A model generated the notes under the pieces. It was not told the DNA's origin and ran no database searches. It was given only the letters and a program-made list of their open reading frames with translations. Positions 11,623 through 23,104 of a stretch of 50,989 bases of DNA are shown in pieces (within the stretch, counting starts at the first letter, position 1; the number at the start of each line of letters is the position of its first letter). The stretch comes from an uncultured Ureaplasma sp. GTDB taxonomy: Bacteria; Bacillota_I; Bacilli_A; Mycoplasmatales; Mycoplasmoidaceae. A program made the translations under genes and the position numbers. The DNA is taken from positions 1 to 50,989 of the forward strand of contig CASDOM010000008.1 of the NCBI GenBank assembly GCA_949282435.1, given 5' to 3'.

Positions 11623-13047
11623 ATGAATAATTTACCTATCTTAGTTAATGGATCATTAATTGATTCAAGTGAAAAAATTTATATAAAATCTCCTATAACT
11701 AATTCTGATTATGCTTCTGTGCCTTATTTTGATCCAAAATTTATAGTTAATAATGCAATGAATGCAGCCCACAATGCATTTATAGAGTGGTCCAAAACAA
11801 CTTTTGAATATAGAAAGAAATTATTATTACAATTTAAACAATTAGTATTAGACAATTTAGATCATTTAACAGACATTATTGTTAATGAAATTGCAAAATC
11901 CAAGAAGGATTCTCAAAATGAAATTATTAGAACGATGGAATACTTGGACAAAACTATTAATGAATATGAACATATGCTTAACAATCCATTAATAATCGAT
12001 GAAAAAATTCATCATGTTAAAAATAAAGTTGGAAAATTTATTTTAGAACCATTAGGAGTAGTATTAGCAATTGCTCCATTTAATTATCCATTTAATTTAT
12101 TATTAACAAAAATAATTCCTGCATTAATTAGCGGTAATACAGTAGTTTATAAACCTGCTATTAATGGTAGTGCAATTGGAGCTGAAATTAGTAAGTTATT
12201 TTTAATGGCGAAGTTTCCAAATGGTGTTGTAAATTGTGTAGTAGGTTATGGAAATGAAGTTGGAGATTTGTTAGTTACACATAAATATGTTAATATGATT
12301 TCATTTACAGGTAGTAGTGAGGTTGGTAATCATATTTTTAAAATATGTAACAAAATACCACTTGTATTAGAATTAGGGGGGATGGATCCTGCAATTGTTT
12401 GTGATGATGCTAACATTGAGTTAGCTGCTGATGAAATAGTTAAAGGAAGTTTATTATTCAATGGCCAACGTTGTACCGCTACTAAACGCATTTTTGTTCA
12501 TAAATCTATTCATACCAAATTAGTTAATATGATTAAATCTAAAATTGTAAAATTATCTGTCGGTTCACCGCTTGATAATTGTTTTATAACACCATTAATA
12601 AATAATGAAAAAGCTGATTATATAATTGAATTAGCAAATGAGGCTATTTCAAAAGGTGCAAATTCAATATTAAAAATTCAACGTCAAAATAATTTGGTAT
12701 GACCAATTTTATTAGATAATGTCACTATTGATATGAAAGTTGTTAATACTGAACCTTTTGGACCAATTTTACCTATTATTGAATTTGAAAATATAAATGA
12801 TGCAATTAAATATGCTAACATCTCCGAATATGGTTTACAAGCATCAGTATTTACTTCAAATATTGATTTAGCAAATAATATTGCTTCTCAATTAGAATGT
12901 GGAACAGTTAATATTAACAAATCATCATCTAGATCACCAGATGAATTTCCATTTATGGGTATCAAAAATTCAGGTCTAGGCACACAAGGCGTTAAATATG
13001 CAATTTTATCAATGACAAAATTAAAAGGTATTATTTATAATAATTAA
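11623..13047 (+). CDS. gapN: NADP-dependent non-phosphorylating glyceraldehyde-3-phosphate dehydrogenase (ALDH family)
   Basis: EPLGVVLAIAPFNYPFNL, SFTGSS, LELGG, GQRCTA, EPFGP, RSPDEFPFMG. Confidence 0.85.
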
Positions 13048-15197
13048 TTATTAATTAATTTAAAGTCAATTTGAGATAATTCTTTGTTTACTGATTGAAC
13101 CATTATTTTAACTTTTTGACCAATATTAAATTGATTATTAGTTTTTTTACCAACTAACGACAATGTATTTTCATTATATTCATAAAAATCATCCAATTGT
13201 TTTATTGATACTAAACCCTCAACAGTGTTTTCTAATTCTACAAAAAAACCAAATGGAAGAACAGCGCTTATATAACCATCATATATTTGTCCAATTTTGT
13301 TTTCCATATATTCTGCGAATTTATAACCATTAATTTCTCTTTCTACATTTAATTGTTTTTGTTCATTAATATTACATTGTTCAATAATTAAATTTAGTTT
13401 TTCATGTAGTTTATTTTTATATTCATTATTATAAAAATCAGGAGCAAAACAATATGCTCATAATAATCTATGAACAATTAAATCAGCATATCTTCTAATT
13501 GGTGAAGTAAAATGTGTATAATTTTGTAATGCTAATCCAAAATGACCAATATTATCTAAACTATATTTTGCTTTATTCATCATCCCTAATGCGATTTTGT
13601 TAAGAATTTCATAATTTATATTAATTTTATTTTCATTTAATAAATTACTTAATGATAATGGATTTAAAGAATTATAATCAAACTTTAAATTAATATTTAA
13701 TTTTTTTGTTTCAATTAAAAAATTATTATATTTTTTTAATTCAGGTTTATTATGAATTCTATATATAAATGGAATTTTATTTTTATTAGCAAATAAAGTA
13801 ACACATTCATTTGCGCTAATCATAAAATCTTCAATCATTTTTTGCGCTTCACCTTGTTGTTTAATAATAACATCAATCGGCTTATTGTTGTTGTCAACAA
13901 TTATTTTAGGTTCTTTAATATTAAATGATATATAACCATTTTTGATATTGTTTTTTCTAATTTTTTGGTGTAATTCATTTGCAATGTCTAATAATTTATA
14001 TAATTCAGAATTATATTGATTGTTTTTGACTCCATTATTAAAATAATCATTAACTTCATCATAATTTAATTTAGCATGACTTTTAATAATTGATGGGTAT
14101 ACATCATATTTGATTAAATTTCCATTAGAATCAAATAACATATCACAACTTATACATTTTTTTAATTCATAAGGATTTAGAGAACACAAATTATCTGATA
14201 AATTAAAAGGTAACATTGGGATAACAGTGTTTAAATAATATATTGAAGTACTTCTTTGAATCGCTTCATTATCTAATTCACTATCCATTTGAATATAGCT
14301 TGATACATCTGCAATACTAACGTTCAATAAGTAATTATCACCTTTTTTTTCTACACATATTGCATCATCCATATCCTTAGATGTTTTAGGGTCAATAGAA
14401 ACAATGATTTTGTTGCTAATATCTTTACGATATTTTAAATCAAAATCAGTAATTTGAAATTTCAAATTATTTGCTTCATTTATGATGTTGTCATTAAATT
14501 CAACTTTAACATCGTTATCATCTAATATTGTATTTATGTCAGTATTATGATCATTTTTATTTCCAACTATTTTTATTAAACTAGTTTCAACATTATCATT
14601 ATTAAATTTATCAATATGCAATAGTAATACATCATTATTTTTAAATTGTTTAATTTGGTTAAATTTAATTTTTAAATAAAATTTATTGGAGTAAGGAATT
14701 AATTCAATAATTCCATTTTCATTTTTTACAATTGCACAAACATGGTGTTTGTTTCTTTTTATTACTTCAATAATAGCTACTTCTTCTTGATGATTTAATG
14801 GGTTAGGTTCTTTTTGTAATTTAACAAAACAAACAACATCATTATGTAGTGCATTTAAGATATTTTTTTTATGAACAAAATATTTTATTTCATTATTTGT
14901 ATTTTCATCAATACATATAATAGTACCATTACCAAGACTATTAATATGTAAAGTACCAGTATATTTTTTGGACATATCTTTTGGTGCATTAATATATCCT
15001 AATACAACAACATCATTATAAATATTAACTAATTCTTCATTTTGTAACATTTGATTAACAACATCATTAATTTGATATTGTTTTAATCATTTATTAGTTG
15101 ATTTAACTTTTTTTATTAATATATAAATTGGAATTTTCTTTTTATAATCTTCTTTTATTGTTTTTATTATTAGAGATCTGATATCAAAGTTATTCAT
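13044..15197 (-). CDS. rnr: ribonuclease R
   Basis: SIDPKTSKDMDDA, HFTSPIRRYADL, C-terminal S1 domain; downstream of secG. Confidence 0.95.
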
Positions 15198-15198
15198 T

Positions 15199-15432
15199 TT
15201 ATTTACCCACAAAATAAATAACTATAGTTATAATAACAAGAATAATAGTAAAGATAAACATGATTACTTGTAATCATTTTGTTCATCCTCTATCTTTTGT
15301 TTTTTTAAAAATTTCTAAATCTTGTCCAGTGATATTTGTTAATCCACTACTTGATCCTGCTTTAGACAACAATAAACCAATTATGAAGCATAATACAGCA
15401 AGAACTGAACAAATGATAACAATTGTAATCAT
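15199..15432 (-). CDS. secG: preprotein translocase subunit SecG
   Basis: 77 aa, two TM segments flanking GSSSGLTNITGQDLEIFKKTKDRGW; secG-rnr synteny. Confidence 0.85.
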
Positions 15433-15514
15433 TTTAACCCCACATTAATAATAGTAATTATTATAACATTAATATTATCTTGATTTACAACAGCTCAATA
15501 TTGCTTGAATATTA

Positions 15515-15709
15515 ATGATATTATATGAATCTTATGTTTATTGTTATTTTAGTCCTGACATGTATTTTGATAAAATACTTAACTCAATAATTGTTTATGA
15601 ATATGGTAGATATTTTTGAGAATTATACGGTTCATTAAATGCTTATATACGAGATGGTAAACTACATAATAGTTACCAGAATTTTAGACTTTATTTCTGA
15701 ATTAATTAA
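15515..15709 (+). CDS. 64-aa Tyr-rich hypothetical ORF
   Basis: Open in code 4 across an otherwise empty gap; no SD and no recognised motif. Confidence 0.3.
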
Positions 15710-15735
15710 AATAATCAATCAATAAAAAAATAAAA

Positions 15736-15744
15736 TGATATAAT
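15736..15744 (+). promoter_or_regulatory. extended -10 promoter (TGaTATAAT) for rplK-rplA
   Basis: TGATATAAT upstream of the rplK leader. Confidence 0.55.
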
Positions 15745-15772
15745 TCTATAGTAAATATTTTATTTACAAAGC

Positions 15773-15803
15773 ATGTGGTAGAGTTTACTCGTTTTTACCA
15801 CGT
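15773..15803 (+). promoter_or_regulatory. putative L1-binding leader hairpin
   Basis: GTGGTA...TACCAC stem enclosing GAGT-TT-ACTC, in the 5' UTR of rplK. Confidence 0.6.
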
Positions 15804-15837
15804 AATGAATACTTCAAAAGAAAGATAGGTATTGCAT

Positions 15838-16293
15838 GTGGCTGCAAAAACAAAAGAAATAACAAGAATAGCTAAATTAAATTTAATTGGTGGTCAGGCT
15901 AAACCAGGCCCAGCTCTTGCTTCTGTTGGGATTAACATGGCAGAGTTTACTAAACAATTTAATGATGCAACTAAAGATAGAATGGGACAAGTAATTCCAA
16001 CCATTATTACTGCATATAAAGATAAAAGCTTTGATTATGTAACTAGAACCACTCCTGTTACAATGTTATTAAAAGAAGCTGCAAAAATTAAATCTGGGGC
16101 TAAAGATTCTAAAAAAGAAAAAATTGCAAAAATTAGCAAAGAAAAAGCACTTGAAATTGCAAGATATAAATTAACTGATTCTAATGCATATGATGAAGAA
16201 GCGATGTTAAGAATGATTGCCGGATCTGCTAAACAAATGGGTATTGAAATTGAAGGTGTTAATCCAATTTGTAGTAAAAGAGGTAATAAATAA
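15838..16293 (+). CDS. rplK: 50S ribosomal protein L11
   Basis: GTG start after AGGT; [35 protein letters not shown]. Confidence 0.97.
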   Translation: MAAKTKEITRIAKLNLIGGQAKPGPALASVGINMAEFTKQFNDATKDRMGQVIPTIITAYKDKSFDYVTRTTPVTMLLKEAAKIKSGAKDSKKEKIAKISKEKALEIARYKLTDSNAYDEEAMLRMIAGSAKQMGIEIEGVNPICSKRGNK

Positions 16294-16979
16294 TGTCTAA
16301 ATTAACTAAAAAAATGTCAAAATCATGTGAATTAGTAGATAAAAACAAAATTTATCCATTAGAAGAAGCAGTTAAATTAGCTCAAAAAACTTCATTTACT
16401 AAATTTGATTCATCAATTGATGTTGCAATAAAATTAAATTTAGATACAACTAAAGTTGAACAACAATTAAGAGGTTCAATATCTTTGCCTAATGGTAATG
16501 GAAAAAAGATTTCTATTTTAGTTATTGATGATTCTATTACTAGTGAACAAGCTAAAAAAGCTGGTGCAGATTATTTTGGTGGTACAGATATCATTCCTGA
16601 TATTGAAAAAATGATTAATAAAATTAATTTAATTATTACAACTCCTAAAATGATGCCTCAATTAGCTCGTTTTGGTAAAGTTTTAGGTCCTAGAGGTTTA
16701 ATGCCAAATCCTAAAACTGGTACTGTAACAACTAATATTATTCAAACTATTGAAGAATTTAAAAAAGGTCGTATTGAATATAGAACTGATTCATATGGTA
16801 ATATTCATATGTGTGTTGGTAAAGTTTCTTTTGAACCAAATAAAATAGTTGAAAACATTGAAGCATTAATTAATTTAATTAAATCTAAAAAACCTTCAAC
16901 TGTTAAGGGACAATATATTCAAAACATTTCTGTTTCATCTACAATGGGTCCTGGTATTAAGGTTGTTATTAATAATTAA
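16293..16979 (+). CDS. rplA: 50S ribosomal protein L1
   Basis: KFDSSIDV, LGPRGLMPNPKTGTVT, SSTMGPG. Confidence 0.98.
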   Translation: MSKLTKKMSKSCELVDKNKIYPLEEAVKLAQKTSFTKFDSSIDVAIKLNLDTTKVEQQLRGSISLPNGNGKKISILVIDDSITSEQAKKAGADYFGGTDIIPDIEKMINKINLIITTPKMMPQLARFGKVLGPRGLMPNPKTGTVTTNIIQTIEEFKKGRIEYRTDSYGNIHMCVGKVSFEPNKIVENIEALINLIKSKKPSTVKGQYIQNISVSSTMGPGIKVVINN

Positions 16980-17008
16980 TTTACATTAATATCATAAATT
17001 GAATTATT

Positions 17009-17056
17009 AAGTACAATGTCATTTATAAAATAATGATATTGTACTTTTATTTTTTT
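17009..17056 (+). terminator. intrinsic terminator after rplA
   Basis: AAGTACAATGTCATT / AATGATATTGTACTT inverted repeat followed by T tract. Confidence 0.75.
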
Positions 17057-17091
17057 ATAATATTATCAATTAATATTTAAATTTTAAAAGT

Positions 17092-18042
17092 TTATTTATT
17101 AATTTTTATTTGAATTAATTTATAAGCATAATATGCAATCATTGCAGCTTGGTCTCCAGTATATTTTAATAGTGGAATATCAATTTGTTCAAAATCCAAT
17201 TTATTTATTTCATTTCTCAATAATTTATTTGCAGACACCCCACCACCTATTGATAAACATTTAATGTTAGTTGTCTTTTGAGTAATATATTTAATTTTTT
17301 TGATTACATCATTGATAACAAATCATTGAAATGAACTTGTTATTGCAATTGGATCAAACTCTTCTTTTTTTTGTTTTTTGTTATGAACATAATTAATAAT
17401 TGCAGTTTTTAGACCAGAATAACTAAATGGGGCATTTGCAGGCATTGGTTGCATAAACTTTATATTATTTTTTTTTGGATCATAATTATTATCAATAATT
17501 GGACCGCCAGGATATTTTCAATCAACAGCACGCGCTACTTTATCATACACTTCACCGATTGCGTCGTCAACAGTTTCATTTAAGATTAAAATATTTTCAT
17601 AATCTTTTACATAATATAAAGTTGTATGGCCACCACTTGCAACTAAACTTAACATTGGAAATTGAGGTTCTTTATTTGATTCAATATATGGAGAAAAAAT
17701 ATGACCATATAAATGATTAACAGGAATTAATTGTGCATTAATTATCATTGCCAATGTTTTAGCAAAAACAATTCCAACATGCAAACACCCAGGTAATCCA
17801 GGACAATTTGTGTACGCAATGTGTGTTATCTGTTCAGGTTTAACATTAGCTTGCTTTAATGTTTCATTAAATACATTATGAATGTTTTTTAGATGATATC
17901 TACTTGCTACTTCTGGTACAACACCACCATAATTTGATTGTATATTAGCTGATGAACTAGTATATAATGCAATTAAATTTCCATCTTGTATAATTGCCAT
18001 ACTTGTTTCATCGCAACTTGTTTCAACACCTAATATAATCAT
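17092..18042 (-). CDS. tsaD: tRNA threonylcarbamoyltransferase subunit TsaD
   Basis: ILGVETSCDET, GGVVPEVASR, SGGHT, DDAIGEVYDKVAR, YPGGP, SYSGLKT, GGGVSAN. Confidence 0.96.
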
Positions 18043-18096
18043 AATGTATTATTAACCTAATTAATTACATTATAATTATATTTGGAAATAACAAAA

Positions 18097-19005
18097 ATGA
18101 ATTTAGATAATAAAAAAAATATTAACAATGAAATTTATGATTTTACAAAATTAAAACAATATGGTTTTCAAATTAAAAATAAGAAAAAATTTATTAGTTT
18201 TTGTAATCAATATGGATTTTATAGAATAATAAATGGTTATGCTGCATCATTATTAAGTCCTAACTCAAATCAATTGATCCTTAAAATTAGTGTTAATCAG
18301 TTAATTAAATTAGTCAAATTAGATAGACAAATAGGAATTACATTATTAGAAGCAATATTAGATTTCGAAACAAAATTTAATTCGTTATTAATTTCTACAA
18401 TATTGAAAACATATCATTTAAATCAAGATTATATTTTAGATATTAATAATTCTGATTGATTGATGTGTTCATATGATGAAAGAAAAAAATTAATTACAAA
18501 TTTATATGTACTAAATGATTCAAATTTATTAAATGAATACAACACAGTTAATATTAACAAGCAAGTTAATAATGTTATAAAACCTCCATTTATATCTTTA
18601 TCTTTATCTTGAACATTTGGTACTACTATTAATTTATTTGAACATTTAGACATAAGTTTGCAAAAACAAATAGTTAGTCAATATATTGATAAAAATTTTT
18701 CTGTAAATTCTTTTTTATGAATTTGCAATATATTAAGAAAATTAAGAAATAAAATTTCTCATAATGATTATGTTATTGTTTCAAGATTTAAATCTAATAA
18801 TGAAATAAATAATTTTTTAGATATTTCATCTAAATATTTATTTATAAAAGATATAACTAATTTTTTAGATATAGTAAATGAAACCAATCATGTTAATTTA
18901 TATACTAAAAATTTGACTAATCAAATTAATAAATTAGTAAAAAAATCAAGATTTAAATTTATTGTAAAAATAAGAGTGTTAAAATATTTAGGATATGATA
19001 TATAA
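18097..19005 (+). CDS. Abi_2 (AbiD/AbiF-like) HEPN protein; alternative TTG start at 18082
   Basis: GFYRIINGY, LDRQIGITLLEAILDFETKF, WTFGTTINLF and HEPN motif LRNKISHN (RNKISH at 18745-18762); open in code 4. Confidence 0.75.
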
Positions 19006-19034
19006 ATATCATTAGATTAGGAGAAAAAAACAAT

Positions 19035-22000
19035 ATGGCAGCAAAAAAAACTGGATCAACAAAATCAACTTCAAAAGTTTCACAACAAGAAACTAAAAAA
19101 ACTGTTAAAAAAAGCTCAATAAAAAATTCTGATGATATTTTAATTGATAACAATATTAAAAAAAATAGAGCTATTAAAATTAAATTAGCAAATTTAACTT
19201 CAACAAACCCTAAAGATGTATGTATAAAATCAAAATTATCTAAATACTCTATTGATATATCTAAGTTTGTTGATTTTAATGATTTATATTCTTTTTATAT
19301 TGATCCAAATGAACAATTAACATTTAAAAACTTAACTTTAAATGCTAAAGATATTCATGATTATTTATTAAATACAAAAACCATTGAAGATTTTTTAAAT
19401 TGTTTAGATGATAATGATATAGCAATTTCAGAAGCTAAAAAGAATGAATTATATAAAGATTTTGATGGTATTAAAAATAAAATTATCCAAAATATATCAA
19501 ATTCATCTTTTGATCAAAAAAGAAAATTTGACATTATTATTAAACAAAACAAAAATATTTTAGATAATACTGGTGTTTATTCGTTATTTATTGCTACAAA
19601 CTTTGTAGTTGGTTGTACTACTCACGGTATTTTGTTAAATGCTCCATTAATTTTATATCCAGTTGAATTATCATATAATGGTGGTACTTTTATTGTTGAA
19701 CATATTAAATCTAATTTTGTTGTTAATGAAAAGTTATTTACATTATTAAAAAAAGAATACTCTTTAAATTGAGTTATTAATGATGTTGCTAAAATTACTG
19801 ATGTTAAAAAATTAATTGCATTAATAACAAAAGATACTGGAGTAAAAGTTGAATTCAAATCTACTAATAAACATGAATTTGTTGAATTTTCAAACAATGA
19901 TATTTTAAAAATGACTACTTTTCATGTATATGACTCTGCCTTATTAGGAATTTATGAACCAAGTGGTGGTGCATTAAAAGAAAATCTAGAAAAACTAGTT
20001 GAAATGAACGTGGATCCATTCGTTGGTGAAAATGAATATTCTGAAACTAGATTTATTAATGAAGAAACAAAAGGTCAATCATTAATTGAAATTGGTCGTC
20101 CATTGAATATTTATCAAAAATATGCAATCCGTTCTTCATTAGCTCAAAATACATTAATTTATGGTCCTCCTGGAACTGGTAAATCTGAAGTTATTGCAAA
20201 CATCATTGTTAATGCGATGTTTAATTTGAAATCAGTATTAATTGTTTCTGAAAAAAAAGCAGCATTAAATGTATTACATGAACGTTTACAAGAAATTGCT
20301 AAATTTGCTTTATTTATTTATGATTTAGATGATAAACAAAGCTTTTATAGCAAAATTGCTGAACTTGGAGACAAAATTATTAATTTTAGATACAATGAAA
20401 AAGGTGTTGTAGTTGCAAAAAATATTAATTTAAAAAATAAAATTGAATCTTTTGAAGAATGAATAAAAGTTCAAGAATCTCATAAAGAATTAAGATCATA
20501 CATTCACGAATTATTAGTGTTAAATAAATCAGTTGACTCATTAGGCACTACTTTTAGTCAATATGTTGATTCTAATGTGGACATTGATAAGAAATTATTG
20601 AAATATACTAAAGATACAAACATGATTGAAAAAATTGAAGAATTAATGTATAAATATTCTTTTATTAATCCTGACAATTTTTTCTCTAAATTTAATGATT
20701 ATAGAGATTTTATGTTAACTCACTCTATTAGAGATAAAAATATTAGTGTTAAAACTTTGAAAAAAGAAAAATTTAATTTAATTAGTTTACAAATTAACCA
20801 TAATATTCTTGAATACATTATTGAAAACGAAAAAATTATTAATTCTGATTTAAAGAAATTAAATTTATTATTTGAAAAATATAATTTGAATAATGATAAT
20901 GAATTTAAATCATTATTAAATAGTAATTTTGATTTATTAATCAAACAATATTTATCAGTTCAAAATTTTAAAAAATCTTATCCTCAATTAGCAAATGATA
21001 CTGATTTTGTTGAATTTATGATTGAACAATATGATAAATTATTAGATTTTGTTTCAACATATGAAAAAGCTGATCAAGATAAAAAAGTTATTTTATATAA
21101 TAATTTTCTTAATTCTAAAAAAATTAGTAAATTTAGTTTATTTAAATCAAAATCTGAATTAACACCAAATGATATTTATAATAAAATCCAAGCAATGAAA
21201 TCATTTGCTGAAATTCCACATGCAAGATATAAATATATTTTAGATTTTATAAAATCTAAGATTGATTATATATATAAAAATAATGTAATAATATATTCTA
21301 ACCAATGATTATTAAAACCATATATTAAAGACTTAGGTATTAAACACTTAGTTTTCTTTGATGAAGAAGATGTTGATGTATTAACTCCAGTTTCTTCATT
21401 AAACGGTGAAATGTTTAATAAATTCAAAATTATTATTAATTATGAAAGAGAAATTATTGTTAAATTCCATAATTTAATGATGGTTGATGTTAATAAATTA
21501 ATTACTAAAGATAGAAATTTAATTTCATTAGCAACAAAAGAAGCAAGTAAACATTTAGAAGAATTATATATAGAATATTTGAAATCTGTAATATCTAAAT
21601 TAACTGATGATGAATGAAAGAAAATGCAAGAAGTATTTAGTATTGCAAAAAGAAATTCTAGAAATAATTCATCAATTAAAGATTTTGTTCAACATTATTA
21701 TAAAGAATTATCAGTTATTTTCCCAATTTGAATTTCTTTACCAGAACTTGTTGCTCAAACATTACCACTTGAAAAAGGTATGTTTGATTATGGTATTTTT
21801 GATGAAGCAAGTCAAATGTTTGTTGAACGTTCATATCCTTTGGTTTATCGTTGTAAAAACAATATTGTTGCCGGAGATGACAAACAATTGAAACCTACTT
21901 CATTTTTCTCATCACGTGTTAATGAAAATTCAAGTCAATATGATTTAGCTGATAATGACCAAGTTGATTCATTATTAGATAGAGCAAAAGTGTCATTATG

Positions 22001-23087
22001 ATCTAGTTATAATTTAAGAAACCATTATCGTTCTGAACATAGAGATTTAATTCAATTTAGTAATGATTTTGTTTATGATCATAAATTACATTTTGCTACT
22101 AAAAATGGAATTAATGGATCTGGTATTGATGTTGTTAACGTTAAAAATGCTGTATCAGTTGACTCTGTAAATGATGTAGAAGCACATAAAGTAATTGATT
22201 TATTAAATGAAAATATTGATAAATACAATAAAATTATTGTAATTACATTCGGTGTAAAACAAAGTCAATATATTGAAACCTTAATTTTTAAACTTGTTAA
22301 TTCTACAAGTCCAATTTATAGAAAATTAAGTAATAATGAATTAATTATTACCAACCTTGAAAATGTACAAGGTAACGAAGGTGATTTAGTAATTTTATCT
22401 ACAACATTTGCCCCTGGTTTAGATGGTTTATTTAGAAACTCATATGGTCCATTAATGATGGATGGCGGTATTAACCGTTTAAACGTTGCAATTACTCGTG
22501 CTAAACAAAAAATGATTATTGTTAAATCAATTTGCGCAAGCGATATGTCTGTAAACCGTAACAACATTAATGCAGTTGTTTTAAGAAGTTTCTTTGAATA
22601 TTGTGACCGTATCAATGACAAAGAAAATATTAGTGACAACACTTCAACTAATGAATCTTCATCAAGTATGTTTAAAAATGAAATTGGTAGATGATTATTA
22701 TCAATTTTATATGATAAACAAAATGAATTAGAACTAGTTAATAATTATGATATTGGTTCTAGAGTTATGGATTTTGCTATTATTGATAAGAAAACTAATA
22801 AAGTTGAATTAGCAATATTAATTCATAAATGAAAAAAAGATATGTCTTTACAAGAATATCTTGAATCTGTTGATAATTTCTATTTCTTTGTAGATCGTGG
22901 TTATAAATCAATTAGAATTGAAGAATATAATTGAATTTATAATTCTAAAGAAATCAAAACCATGATTAATAATGCTATAAAAACGATAATGAAAGAAAAA
23001 CAAGATTTATTAGATCAAGAATTACAAGCACAAAAGACAATTTTAGATAAAAAAGAAGAAAAACCAACAAAATCAAAAACAAAATAA
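19035..23087 (+). CDS. 1350-aa superfamily 1 (Upf1/DNA2-like) helicase with DUF4011-like N-terminus and Vsr-like C-terminus
   Basis: AGGAG SD; LNAPLILYPVEL, GPPGTGKSE, VSEKKAAL, FDEASQ, AGDDKQL, HYRS, NVQGNEGD, RLNVAITRAK; all ORF-track pieces are in one frame. Confidence 0.88.
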
Positions 23088-23104
23088 TAAGATTGGAATC
23101 AATT

